A DNA stretch of 64,000 nucleotides from a virus (taxonomy: Duplodnaviria > Heunggongvirae > Uroviricota > Caudoviricetes): positions 77,741-141,740 of the IMG/VR virus record IMGVR_UViG_3300017565_000001. One strand, written 5' to 3'. The notes beneath the pieces are model-generated. The model did no database searches. It saw only the letters and a list, made by a program, of their open reading frames with translations, and had not been told where the DNA came from. Shown here one piece after another: positions 18,578 through 28,030 of the stretch. The number at the start of each line of letters is the position of its first letter. Positions within the stretch are counted from its first letter, which is position 1. The translations under genes and the position numbers were made by a program.

Positions 18578-19912
18578 ATGAACGAACTTTCCACCATCAA
18601 GATCCCGCAAACCGTTTATGTGGGCTTCCAGGGTCGTCGTGCAGTCGATGAGGTTCCTCTGGGGTTCATGACGCCCTATGATGAGACCAAGGCAGGCCAG
18701 AAGCGCCAGCAGACGGTTGATCAGTGGGCGAAAGGTTGGGGGAGTAACAAGACCTTCAACAGCGTGACTCTGGAAAACGTTCCCATGATCGGCTTCAAGA
18801 TCGGCCGGGCAATTCGCCGCAGTCGTTCTTGGGGTGGAAATGCTTCCTACGTGCGCATCGAGGATCCGCGTGGTTTCGAACTGGAAATCAGTATCGAGAA
18901 CATGGTCATGGTGATGGATCAAAACATCGTCGAAGACGGTGAGATCATGCAAGAGTGCGTGTGGGGCCGTGATGGTGGCAAAAACATTCTGTTGCCAACC
19001 AACAGCGAACCCTATCAGGCTTCCCTGAACACCACCAAACGCCTCAATGCCGTTCTGTCTCTGAAGGACGTCAAGCCGGGCAGCAAGGTGAAACTGGTGA
19101 CTGGTGAAACCGGTATCTATTACGGTTCGCTCTATCCAATCTTCATCAAACATGAAGCCGAACATACGGATACTCGTTCTGGTTACCGCCACGAACGAAA
19201 TACTACAGAGGTGTACACCCCGGAAATTCGTGGGACGAAACGGTACATTCTGTATACGTCGAAGGGTAAGAAGGGAACCTTCAACGTTTACGCAAGTATC
19301 AAAGTGGCCGAAGTTTTGGAGGAAGCCAAGGAAAAGCTCAAGCCCCAAGATGTCGAGAAGCTGATTGCCACAAAGATTGCCGAAGGCAATAATAAGTTTG
19401 TCAATCATGTAAGCTCGACCAGTTACTACGATCGATTCGTGGGATTGGCGGCCGATCAGACGCTTGACTACGCGATCGTCCAGAAAGACATTGCAGAAGA
19501 TTACGCAAAGACGTTGAAGCACAATCGATATGGAACGACTTACGCCAGTCGTTCCATCTACATGGAGAGTGCTGATGGTCAAATCTATACGGCCAGCAAT
19601 GGTTACATGGATTTCACAACCAACTTCCTGCAGGCAAAGAATACTCCGCGTAAGTATGCGAATATCATGCTGTGTCCGAATCCTGGCAGTTATTGGTCCC
19701 GACATGATGCTGAGATTGAAGTTCAAGGCGGTTTCATCGGCATCAAGGCTGATCTGACAGAAGAAAAAGTTACCGAGTACAAATTCCATCAGCAACAATG
19801 GCATGTGACTGATGAAGAGTTGAAGCGTCTGTTCGTGCTTGACGTGGTGATCAAACTGAAGAGTGGTGAACAATATGTCTATGACTTCGGACGTCAAGAC
19901 ACCGACGACTGA
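18578..19912 (+). CDS. hypothetical protein, paralogue L2
   Basis: N-terminal ~110 aa are near-identical in pattern to L1. 444 aa. Confidence 0.65.
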   Translation: MNELSTIKIPQTVYVGFQGRRAVDEVPLGFMTPYDETKAGQKRQQTVDQWAKGWGSNKTFNSVTLENVPMIGFKIGRAIRRSRSWGGNASYVRIEDPRGFELEISIENMVMVMDQNIVEDGEIMQECVWGRDGGKNILLPTNSEPYQASLNTTKRLNAVLSLKDVKPGSKVKLVTGETGIYYGSLYPIFIKHEAEHTDTRSGYRHERNTTEVYTPEIRGTKRYILYTSKGKKGTFNVYASIKVAEVLEEAKEKLKPQDVEKLIATKIAEGNNKFVNHVSSTSYYDRFVGLAADQTLDYAIVQKDIAEDYAKTLKHNRYGTTYASRSIYMESADGQIYTASNGYMDFTTNFLQAKNTPRKYANIMLCPNPGSYWSRHDAEIEVQGGFIGIKADLTEEKVTEYKFHQQQWHVTDEELKRLFVLDVVIKLKSGEQYVYDFGRQDTDD

Positions 19913-20183
19913 TTGTCCACTTTGTGGTCGAACCCTGGGACTAGTGAATGTGGACAAGCACCACCTCACTCCAAAGTCCCAGGGTGGACATGACAAATTC
20001 TTGATTCATCGTATTTGTCATCGGAAGATTCATGCCACCTTCACTGAGAAAGAATTGGCGCGATCCTACAATACCTGGGAGTCGTTGAAAGCACATGAAA
20101 TGATCCGAGCGTTTGTGGAATGGGTAGCAAAGAAGCCTCCTGAATTCTATGACGGATCGGTATCGAGCAAACGCAAGCGTTGA
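19863..20183 (+). CDS. HNH endonuclease
   Basis: CPLCGR...DKHHLTPKSQGG...HRICHRKIH is an HNH/zinc-ribbon nuclease motif. Confidence 0.7.
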   Translation: MVNNMSMTSDVKTPTTDCPLCGRTLGLVNVDKHHLTPKSQGGHDKFLIHRICHRKIHATFTEKELARSYNTWESLKAHEMIRAFVEWVAKKPPEFYDGSVSSKRKR

Positions 20184-20208
20184 CTCCATGTTCATTTGGT
20201 GCCATAAT
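20180..20208 (+). promoter_or_regulatory. sigma70-like promoter TTGACT-N17-CATAAT with a TTCATTTGG spacer box
   Basis: Sequence read directly. Upstream of the 20235 gene. Confidence 0.5.
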
Positions 20209-20234
20209 GTGGTATCAAGATTAAGGAGCAAACG

Positions 20235-20552
20235 ATGAATTCCTATTCCCACCTCTACTGGTTTTATGCAATGATCAACGTTCAATGGGGCAAACAAGCC
20301 ACAATCAAACGTGACTCTCTGCATAGCCGGTACGAAGTGAACCAATGGGGAATCGATGTAACAGTTCCAGGTCTTACGGCAAGCAAGATGCGCGAAGTTC
20401 TGGCTACTAAGCTTGTGGCTGCTGGTTATACGGAAGATGCAAGTGTGGGTTCGCATCGCGTATTTGCGAAGCGAATTGGCAACGAGCGCCGACATGTTTC
20501 ATTGAGTGGTTACGAAAAAACCCTTCACATTTGGGCAAAGGTTTATCATTAG
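20235..20552 (+). CDS. hypothetical protein
   Basis: 105 aa ORF with RBS AAGGAGCAAAC. Confidence 0.5.
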   Translation: MNSYSHLYWFYAMINVQWGKQATIKRDSLHSRYEVNQWGIDVTVPGLTASKMREVLATKLVAAGYTEDASVGSHRVFAKRIGNERRHVSLSGYEKTLHIWAKVYH

Positions 20553-20609
20553 AAGCTTGACATTGTGGCCACTAGGGGCCAAAATGATTGAACAAACAAG
20601 AAGAACAAT

Positions 20610-21266
20610 ATGGCACTATCATTCTCAGGCCAATTCTTTATGGCCATGGTCCTTGACCGTAATGCACCTAACGAATTTCACGTATCTGTATGGGAACTCG
20701 CCCAGCCACAATTGGCGCAGAAGGCGACCTATCTCAAAGTGAAGGGGGACGATTCTCGGTACCATAAGGCTATCGCCTTTGAACATGAGGCTGACTTCCA
20801 AGCCTTTAATTCATGGTGGAACGAGTACAAGCTGCTAGTCGGCGATGCCATCAAATATCGAGCACTTCCGGAACCTGGAGATGGTGAAGTCATTTCAGGT
20901 GTCATGGTGAAGCATAATCCACATGCGGAGTGGGGGCGAGATCGTTTCCCTACACCTGATGAGTTTCTGGTGGAGTGGTCTTGGATCGTTGAAACTTGCT
21001 CAAGTAAGGTGTGGTGGACACCCTGCCATTGGATCTTCCAAAGCCAGGAAGAAGCAGTCATGTTCAAACTGCATGACGAAGGCAATAAGCGTAAGGACGT
21101 CACCAATGACAATTACGACCCCTACAGGTTTAGGCACGATTATCAACTTGACTCGTTCTCCTCTGAATGTTATGATATGGACGATGAAGGAGAGCAGGAT
21201 AGTCCTATGAGTTTGGAAGATCTCATATCTAGACAATTAAAGAAGAGACCAACTGATTGGCTGTAA
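20610..21266 (+). CDS. FKLRF-motif family protein (large member)
   Basis: FEHEADFQAFNSWW and SQEEAVMFKLHDEG, plus an acidic tail. Homologous to the 27144 and 23638 genes. Confidence 0.55.
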   Translation: MALSFSGQFFMAMVLDRNAPNEFHVSVWELAQPQLAQKATYLKVKGDDSRYHKAIAFEHEADFQAFNSWWNEYKLLVGDAIKYRALPEPGDGEVISGVMVKHNPHAEWGRDRFPTPDEFLVEWSWIVETCSSKVWWTPCHWIFQSQEEAVMFKLHDEGNKRKDVTNDNYDPYRFRHDYQLDSFSSECYDMDDEGEQDSPMSLEDLISRQLKKRPTDWL

Positions 21267-21288
21267 AGAAGGGGAGCATATGCTCCCC
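21267..21288. terminator. bidirectional intrinsic terminator
   Basis: AAGGGGAGCATATGCTCCCCTT between convergent genes. Confidence 0.6.
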
Positions 21289-21292
21289 TTCC

Positions 21293-21911
21293 TTATGGTA
21301 ATCCGTGCAAACCAGAAAACGGTGCGTACCAGTAATTGAGTTTGTTCTCACCAGGCCGATCACGGTCAGGAGCATAGAACGTAAACCCGTCATGCAGCCA
21401 CTCTTCAAAACTGAGAAGTGGCGACAGATTGCCAATAGCCCAGTCACGGGCGTGGACAGCCAAGAAGTCACAACGAAGGTTGTATACGGTCTTGTCATGA
21501 CCTTTGACCTTCACGAACCGACTGTTCTTCAAGTATTCCAGACAGTGGTTGATTAGGTCCTTTTCGGCCTGATAGAACGTCGCGCACACGTTCTTCAACC
21601 GCTCGATCGTGTTGGAGTTCTGCAGTTTGCCCGTCAAAACACACGAACGATTGACGTCGCATACCGCACTGTCGTCGGTGTAGAACGTCAGCTCGTGGGG
21701 CATATGACCCGATTCCACCAGGTATCGGACTGACTCCACGAATGCTACCTTTTCATGGTAACCCGAATGCTTGGGTTGAGCTCGAGCATGACAACCGAAG
21801 CGTTCGACTGCCTGATCACCAGTAAGGGCAACCATACCCCATGACAACAGACATTCCTTGCTCTGATAGTGACGGGCCGAACCACCATCCATGTAAACAA
21901 TAGTATGGGCC
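21293..21911 (-). CDS. rnhA: ribonuclease H
   Basis: IVYMDGGS (first catalytic Asp motif). VKVKGHDKTVYNLRCDFLA resembles the RNase HI C-terminal VKGHAGHPENERCDELA. ORF is open to 21940. Confidence 0.75.
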
Positions 21912-21914
21912 ATA

Positions 21915-22151
21915 TTACTGCCAGAGTGCGGACTTACCATCCGTGTATTCGATGGTTTCGGGCATGTCTTCGGATTTCACTTGCGTGATGATGTTCTTCG
22001 CGAAATAAACGATGAACATGCCGGGCTGCGAAGGGTTGCGTTGAACTTGGCAAGCCTTGCCAGCCTTGTACGTCTTCGTGGTTCCGGTTCCGATCACTTT
22101 TGCAACCAGTTCCTTCTTGGTTTTTGCGGGGCGGGGTGCAGCGTAGCTCAT
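21915..22151 (-). CDS. hypothetical basic protein
   Basis: 78 aa ORF. Confidence 0.4.
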   Translation of the reverse strand: MSYAAPRPAKTKKELVAKVIGTGTTKTYKAGKACQVQRNPSQPGMFIVYFAKNIITQVKSEDMPETIEYTDGKSALWQ

Positions 22152-22225
22152 CTGGATTTCTCCTTGTTCATCATGTTTTGTATTATAGATGAATGTTCAT
22201 ATGAAGTAAAGACTTTTCACCACAT

Positions 22226-22260
22226 GAAAAAAGAGCGGTGGGATTTTCGCCCCACCGCTT
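22226..22260 (-). terminator. intrinsic terminator for the CCA-enzyme gene
   Basis: AGCGGTGGG-N8-CCCACCGCT stem. On the minus strand it is followed by a T6 run. Confidence 0.6.
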
Positions 22261-22352
22261 AAGTGATGAACTACCTTTCGCAAACCGCAGCTATGCAATG
22301 AGGAGCAAAGCTACTAGACCGCATTCTAGCGGCCCTATTGTGAAACGCAAGC

Positions 22353-23567
22353 TTACATGGTTTGATTTTGCATATATTGCAACAAAGCCTCACGTGACAC
22401 GTTGCAATCGTTGTAGAACCAGTATTCCCGCAGGCGCTTCAACGCCGCACCCAAGTCAGGACCAGGTTTCACACCCAACGCCTTTAAGTCATCACCACTG
22501 ACCGGAAACGTCGCTAATTGAAACTTACCGTCCAGGCCTCGCTTCAGCAAATTAACGGCGTAGTCAACATCAAAGTAAACTGCCGCGGCAAAAACCAACT
22601 CCAGCTTCCGCCCCATGACGAAATACTGATACAGGATTTCGGTCGCAGTGACAGCGTAGTCATATGAGACGATGTGCTTGACTACGTCGCGTTCAGCGGA
22701 ACGCCATTTCAATGCCTTGGCAGTTTGCTCAACATGTGCTTCATCGCGCATGAAAGGTGCGAGCAAAACAGCCGCCTGATTACCAAGCATGTGCCGAGCC
22801 ATACTGTCGTGCAACTTTTTGAACCATTCCATGGACGCGGAATCACCGTTAGGCAGAGCAGTATGCTCACTCAAACCCATCTCCATCATGAGGGGATAGA
22901 TCCAATAGCCGCTGAAATGTTCGAGGATCTTGGATGTTTCAGTCCAGATCCGTTCGACACTGATGCCACGCAATCCATGAACACAGTTGCGGATTTCTTG
23001 CTCGGGCAATATGGACTTCAGCTTTTCAGGATGCGGTTGCACTGGATGCATACGGCCCAAGAAACGAAAATAGCGCAAGATGCGCAGATAGTCTTCCGTC
23101 ATACGACCTTCTGCATCACCAACAAAGCGGACGATTCTGTTTTCCAGATCAGCTTGGCCGCCGAAAGGATCCAACAGATTGCCGTCGAAATCAAGCGACA
23201 TTGCATTGATGGTGAGGTCACGACGTGACAAGTCTTCAACCCAGTCACGAGTGTAGGTCATCTTAGCGTAACGGCCGTCGTGCTCGTCCTCAGTACGCAG
23301 ACTGGTGATCTCGTAGGATTCATCCTCCAGAACTACAGTCAGTGTGCCATGCTGCAAGCCCGTTTCCACATACTTGATGCCATGCTTCTGATACAATGCC
23401 AATTGCTCATCAGGGAAGGCGTCAGTGCAGAGGTCCACGTCATGGGGCGGCTCGTTGTTCAGATAATCTCGCACACACCCGCCAACCAAACGCAGGTCAA
23501 AGCCCTCCTGTACGAACAAGTCGCGCAGCGCACGCAAGGGAAGAGGTATCATTTGATTGAGGTGCAT
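22353..23567 (-). CDS. cca: tRNA nucleotidyltransferase (CCA-adding enzyme), class II
   Basis: GGCVRD head motif and RDLTINAM. 404 aa. Confidence 0.85.
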   Translation of the reverse strand: MHLNQMIPLPLRALRDLFVQEGFDLRLVGGCVRDYLNNEPPHDVDLCTDAFPDEQLALYQKHGIKYVETGLQHGTLTVVLEDESYEITSLRTEDEHDGRYAKMTYTRDWVEDLSRRDLTINAMSLDFDGNLLDPFGGQADLENRIVRFVGDAEGRMTEDYLRILRYFRFLGRMHPVQPHPEKLKSILPEQEIRNCVHGLRGISVERIWTETSKILEHFSGYWIYPLMMEMGLSEHTALPNGDSASMEWFKKLHDSMARHMLGNQAAVLLAPFMRDEAHVEQTAKALKWRSAERDVVKHIVSYDYAVTATEILYQYFVMGRKLELVFAAAVYFDVDYAVNLLKRGLDGKFQLATFPVSGDDLKALGVKPGPDLGAALKRLREYWFYNDCNVSREALLQYMQNQTM

Positions 23568-23637
23568 GTGATCTCCTAAGTTTCATCTAGTATATAGGTA
23601 ACCCTGCCAGTAATCAAGTGAAGCTACAATTTCTTTA

Positions 23638-24321
23638 TTGACGATATGGCACATACCGTGCATTATGACTGGCATGAACATCCTATCCAAACTTTTCTAT
23701 TTCCTTACCGGCCAGTTCAACATCCGTTTCAAGACTCGCTATGATGAAGACAAGTATGATCCTTGTGAGGGTGAGACGCTTATTGCCGATGACTACATCA
23801 GTTCTGAGATTGAAGATCAAGATGGAGAATTTGATTTCCTGACTCTCAATGATCGCTTGCATGACGGGCGCCCACTCTTGACGGTAATCAATCATCTTAT
23901 GACGGATGAACTCAAATTCCACATTGCTGTATGGTGGAAGCAAGCGGTTGTTGATCGATCCGCCTATACGTTCTTCATTCATCGAGTTGACGGTGATCGT
24001 TATTTGATGATGATGACTGACAACCAGCAAGCCAAAGACGATGCAAGCGCTTGGTTTGCGGATTATTTTGCCAAGTTTCAGGACGACAAATATTTGGAAC
24101 AATTCGTTCCGGCCCTTCCGGATGGGGAATTCCATGGCCACGTATTGTTCCGTAATACGTATGAAGATCCCAATCCACCAACGATCTTCCAAACGTGGAC
24201 TTATATTTTGACAAACTTCCACGGCAAAGTTTATCGTACTCGCTTGGATCGGCATCGAGACATCTTCTACTTTGAGGACGAAGCTGAACTCCTAATGTTC
24301 AAAATGCAGTTTGTCAAGTAA
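23638..24321 (+). CDS. FKLRF-motif family protein (large member)
   Basis: C-terminal FEDEAELLMFKMQFVK. Confidence 0.55.
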   Translation: MTIWHIPCIMTGMNILSKLFYFLTGQFNIRFKTRYDEDKYDPCEGETLIADDYISSEIEDQDGEFDFLTLNDRLHDGRPLLTVINHLMTDELKFHIAVWWKQAVVDRSAYTFFIHRVDGDRYLMMMTDNQQAKDDASAWFADYFAKFQDDKYLEQFVPALPDGEFHGHVLFRNTYEDPNPPTIFQTWTYILTNFHGKVYRTRLDRHRDIFYFEDEAELLMFKMQFVK

Positions 24322-24360
24322 TACCCAGATACAAATACAACTACAAAATAATAAGAACAA

Positions 24361-24600
24361 ATGTCTGAAGAATACCTTAAAAGCGCCAGAGCGGCTGGCG
24401 CTGCTACCTCCAACGTAACTGAAGCAGAATTGATGATCACTCGCGAAGAAATTCGCGAATCCTGGGAAGCCCTGGAGAGCGTTCGTCTCAAGATCTATCA
24501 AGCAAAAATTGACGCGGTAAATGGTGTCGATTCTCAGTTCCATGATGAACTCAAGGATGCCGAAGCCAATTACGCAATGCTCCTTCAGTTGTCGAGGTAA
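24361..24600 (+). CDS. small coiled-coil protein (cassette copy 2)
   Basis: Ends NYAMLLQLSR. Junction GAGGTAATCATGTCA matches the copy-1 junction. Confidence 0.55.
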   Translation: MSEEYLKSARAAGAATSNVTEAELMITREEIRESWEALESVRLKIYQAKIDAVNGVDSQFHDELKDAEANYAMLLQLSR

Positions 24601-24602
24601 TC

Positions 24603-25796
24603 ATGTCAGTCAATCATAGTATTCAAATTCCCGATCAGATGTTTGTGGCTTTCGTTCGTAGCAATCAGGATGGCTACGTCCACAAAGGTTATACCATTCC
24701 CTATGGCACTGACTCAGCTTCCAAGAAGCGCCAACTCAACTTGCGGCATTCAACCCATGCCGATCGTGAAGGTGGGCTTGAGCCAGTAGTCTTGGAAAAT
24801 AAACCCATGTACGGGTTTAAGATTAGCCGCAAGCTTCGAGCAAACGGCTGGCGTTCTGATATTCAAACCGTTAGCATCGAAGATCCCAGAGGTTTCGAAT
24901 TTGAAGTTTCGGTTGCCAATCTGATCATGCTTACCGACAGCAATTTGATTCATAATGGCGAAATTATTCAGCAATGTGTATGGGCTCGCGATGGTGCAAT
25001 CAACATTTTGCTTCCAATCAATAGCCAACCATATCTGGATGCCGTTGTGAACACTGAGCGGGTATCCAAGCGAGTCAATACTCGATCGGTAAAACCAGGC
25101 AATAAGGTTCTCCTGCATGATGGCATTAAGGGTGTTTACATGGGTTCCATGTATACCATCATGCGTGATTACAACCGCAACTTGAGCATTTCACAAAAGA
25201 AGAAACACATCGTTCGTGTTGAAGGCGATAGTGGTACTTCGGTGGAATATCATGGTTACCCAACAATGAAAATTTCCGAGGTGTTGGATTCCACTCCCCA
25301 AACCAAAGAAGCATTGAGCCAACAGTTGGTGAATGACATCAAGGATAAGACGGTTACATTCCGGAAAGTCACGTCTGGCTATGGGCATGTGTCAACGCTC
25401 ACGTATGGTGACACCTTGATCTTTGCCAAGAAGGAACGGCGGTCGATTTCATACGATGAAGCTATGAAAGCCAAGAGCAACAGTTCGATTTTGGGCGTTT
25501 ATGATGACGAATGTTACCTGATCGAAGGCAACAGTATGGACCCCAATTATCGGTCTTATTACTACCGAAGCCTGGGAGTTGATGAAGTCCAGGCTGTGAA
25601 GATCAACGTATTTGCTTTGGATAAAGGCACGATTGAAATTGTTCAAGAGTACAATATCAACTCATCAAGTTATTACCGTAGTAGGGAACAGAAAACCTAT
25701 CAGATCAACAAGGATGAGATTGACTATTTTGTCTTAGAGTTGACGCTTAAGGATTCTGAGACCAACGTCAACTTCCACGTTAACGATTTGAAATAA
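24603..25796 (+). CDS. hypothetical protein, paralogue L3
   Basis: PMYGFKISRKLRANG...SIEDPRGFEFEVSVANLIMLT is collinear with L1 and L2. Confidence 0.65.
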   Translation: MSVNHSIQIPDQMFVAFVRSNQDGYVHKGYTIPYGTDSASKKRQLNLRHSTHADREGGLEPVVLENKPMYGFKISRKLRANGWRSDIQTVSIEDPRGFEFEVSVANLIMLTDSNLIHNGEIIQQCVWARDGAINILLPINSQPYLDAVVNTERVSKRVNTRSVKPGNKVLLHDGIKGVYMGSMYTIMRDYNRNLSISQKKKHIVRVEGDSGTSVEYHGYPTMKISEVLDSTPQTKEALSQQLVNDIKDKTVTFRKVTSGYGHVSTLTYGDTLIFAKKERRSISYDEAMKAKSNSSILGVYDDECYLIEGNSMDPNYRSYYYRSLGVDEVQAVKINVFALDKGTIEIVQEYNINSSSYYRSREQKTYQINKDEIDYFVLELTLKDSETNVNFHVNDLK

Positions 25797-25837
25797 TGAG
25801 CCACACCTCCCATGTAAATAGCCTGGGAGGTGTTCAT

Positions 25838-26413
25838 ATGAACAAGCCAATCATTTATATCCATGGAGCTTTTAGTACCAAACAAAGCTTCAATTGGATA
25901 GTAGAAAAATTACCCGAGCATCGTGCATATTTTATCGAGTACGACGCTAGGGATTCAGTAAAAAGTGTGGCAAAACGAGTCAATACCCTAGTTGAAGAAT
26001 TGGGCGGAGCCGACATAGTGGCTCATAGTCTGGGTGGGCTGGTAGCTTTGTTAGCGGCACTTGATAATCCTTTGGTGGGGCGGGTGATAACAATCAGCGC
26101 ACCAATGGGTGGTAGTGATGTAGCTGGAACATTGGCATGGTTGAGTCCGCACGAGCTGTACCAAAGCTTGAACAAGATGGGCCCAGTCATAAGAAAGATT
26201 CATTCATCTAACATTTCTTTCCCACTCTGTAGTATAATCACGACTTCTGGTGGTAGCCCAATGATTAGTGGCGCCAACGACGGAGTAGTATCAGTACAAA
26301 GCCAGAAGGCATTGACTGGTACTCGTCAAATTGAAGTGGACTTGAATCACTTTGAAGTGTTGATGAACAACAATGTGGTTACACTCATAAGGGAGTTTCT
26401 GAATGGTGCCTGA
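25838..26413 (+). CDS. alpha/beta-hydrolase (lipase/esterase-like)
   Basis: IYIHGAF and GHSLGG nucleophile elbow. RBS GGGAGGTG before the ATG at 25838. Confidence 0.65.
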   Translation: MNKPIIYIHGAFSTKQSFNWIVEKLPEHRAYFIEYDARDSVKSVAKRVNTLVEELGGADIVAHSLGGLVALLAALDNPLVGRVITISAPMGGSDVAGTLAWLSPHELYQSLNKMGPVIRKIHSSNISFPLCSIITTSGGSPMISGANDGVVSVQSQKALTGTRQIEVDLNHFEVLMNNNVVTLIREFLNGA

Positions 26414-26891
26414 ATTCATCATGTTGATTGGTTTGCCTGGGTGTGGGAAGTCGACCATCATCAAACTGATCCGCGAGGTGAAGCCCCATCAAGAATATGT
26501 GGTGACAAGTTCAGATAATATGATTATGGAATATGCTGCCAGAAATAATCTGAACTACCGAGAAGCACACGACGCCCTCGATCCCATAGTGCTTCGTAAC
26601 ATGCTGATTGAACAAGCGGCTGAGCTGTTCAGCCGTAATATGTCCATCATCAATGATCAAACGAACTTGAACGATGACATCCGTAAGGCCAAACTGGCAA
26701 TGGTGCCACAACATTACATCAAACGCGCTGTGGTTATCAAGAAGCCCATTGATGTCATCCTGCGCCAACAGAATTCCCTCGAACGCTTGGCGCAAGGGAA
26801 AACTATCCCCAGTGAAGTAATGAACAAAATGATCTCCGAGTTCACTGATCCTGATCCCAAGGATTTTGATGAGATCGTAGTCGTACAGTAG
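26403..26891 (+). CDS. P-loop kinase (AAA_33/PNK-kinase-like)
   Basis: MLIGLPGCGKST Walker A at the N-terminus. 162 aa. Confidence 0.6.
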   Translation: MVPEFIMLIGLPGCGKSTIIKLIREVKPHQEYVVTSSDNMIMEYAARNNLNYREAHDALDPIVLRNMLIEQAAELFSRNMSIINDQTNLNDDIRKAKLAMVPQHYIKRAVVIKKPIDVILRQQNSLERLAQGKTIPSEVMNKMISEFTDPDPKDFDEIVVVQ

Positions 26892-26921
26892 AATTAACCT
26901 GTCAATAACGAGAAAAATAAA

Positions 26922-27134
26922 ATGACACAAGACTCCAAAGTATATGGCCCTTACTCGGGCTTTCAAATGTTGTGCGCAGCCGTCGCCGTGCTGTGCTTGA
27001 TGGCACTGGTTGGCATCATCGGCTTTTTCCCCACCATTCTGTTGCTGGGTTTCTTCACTGCAATGGGCCTCGCGGTTGTTTACGGACGCCCTGGCATCAT
27101 CGAGAACTTCAACAAGAAGCATGATACCGAATAA
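26922..27134 (+). CDS. small membrane protein
   Basis: Two hydrophobic helices. 70 aa. Confidence 0.45.
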   Translation: MTQDSKVYGPYSGFQMLCAAVAVLCLMALVGIIGFFPTILLLGFFTAMGLAVVYGRPGIIENFNKKHDTE

Positions 27135-27143
27135 GGCAAAACC

Positions 27144-27770
27144 ATGAATTTGGTTATGGTTCCGCCACCTTTCGCTGTGGGAAATGGTCGAATTATGGGT
27201 AACGGCATATCAGCCGAAATATACAACCACAACCCAGATGTGATAGTGCATACGTCCGGCCAAGGATCGGTTATGGGATACGGTCGAGTCAACTCTATTA
27301 CGAGTACAGACACCTTTCATTATGACCCAATGGCCGATTACAAAAGTTGGTATGGGTTGGAAGCATCTAGCGTCTTCACTATGATGAACGACGACGAAAT
27401 AATGGCAAGGGTATGGGATCGTTCTGAATTCAACCAATGGTTAGCCCAAAATGTAAAGGACTTGGTGCTAGTTCAGCGTCATTGGCCATCTTGGGTGCTA
27501 GTATTCAAAAGCGAAGCAGATTACCATTCCTTTATTACCTGGTGGACTTATACCGAAAAACAAGAGAAGATGTTCTTACCAATACCGGCTGAATATCAAG
27601 GTAAGAATTACGTGTTCATTCGAGAACTCAAGGAATGGTGTGATGCCAATCTTGTTGACAAATTTGAGCTCGCAAGTCAATCCAGTCGGGTGAAATGCAC
27701 CATCAGAGATCCCCAGGAAGCAGTTATGTTCAGGCTTCGTTGGTCGGAACCAAATAATAACCAACTCTGA
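27144..27770 (+). CDS. FKLRF-motif family protein (large member)
   Basis: FKSEADYHSFITWW and DPQEAVMFRLRW. Confidence 0.55.
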   Translation: MNLVMVPPPFAVGNGRIMGNGISAEIYNHNPDVIVHTSGQGSVMGYGRVNSITSTDTFHYDPMADYKSWYGLEASSVFTMMNDDEIMARVWDRSEFNQWLAQNVKDLVLVQRHWPSWVLVFKSEADYHSFITWWTYTEKQEKMFLPIPAEYQGKNYVFIRELKEWCDANLVDKFELASQSSRVKCTIRDPQEAVMFRLRWSEPNNNQL

Positions 27771-27779
27771 CTTGCTTTC

Positions 27780-28025
27780 TTGCCATATAGGCTTAGACTG
27801 TACATTCACAGCAGGAGAAAATCTTCAATGGAAATGATCTTTCTACTTCCGCAAGGGTACGTGTTGTCAGAAGAAGAGAAACGTCAGTTTCTTGAAGACG
27901 CCGCGAGATTGTTGACTGTACCAAATGACGGTCATGTTCTCCCATCTGAACCTGAATTCTTCTATGATGATGAAGAGGATGAAGAGCTGGTGTTAAAATG
28001 GGGCGGTCAACGCTTCTTGCAGTAA
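27780..28025 (+). CDS. small acidic protein
   Basis: ORF. Start probably ATG 27828. Confidence 0.4.
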   Translation: MPYRLRLYIHSRRKSSMEMIFLLPQGYVLSEEEKRQFLEDAARLLTVPNDGHVLPSEPEFFYDDEEDEELVLKWGGQRFLQ

Positions 28026-28030
28026 ATATC

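Noticed and set aside
18566-19996. 476 aa minus-strand ORF
   Set aside because: It is antisense to paralogue L2 (18578-19912), whose reality is supported by three-way paralogy on the + strand.
19863-20183. Annotating the HNH gene as a mobile element with defined boundaries
   Set aside because: Only the nuclease ORF is visible. There are no flanking repeats, no intron or intein context, and no identifiable insertion target. It is kept as a CDS.
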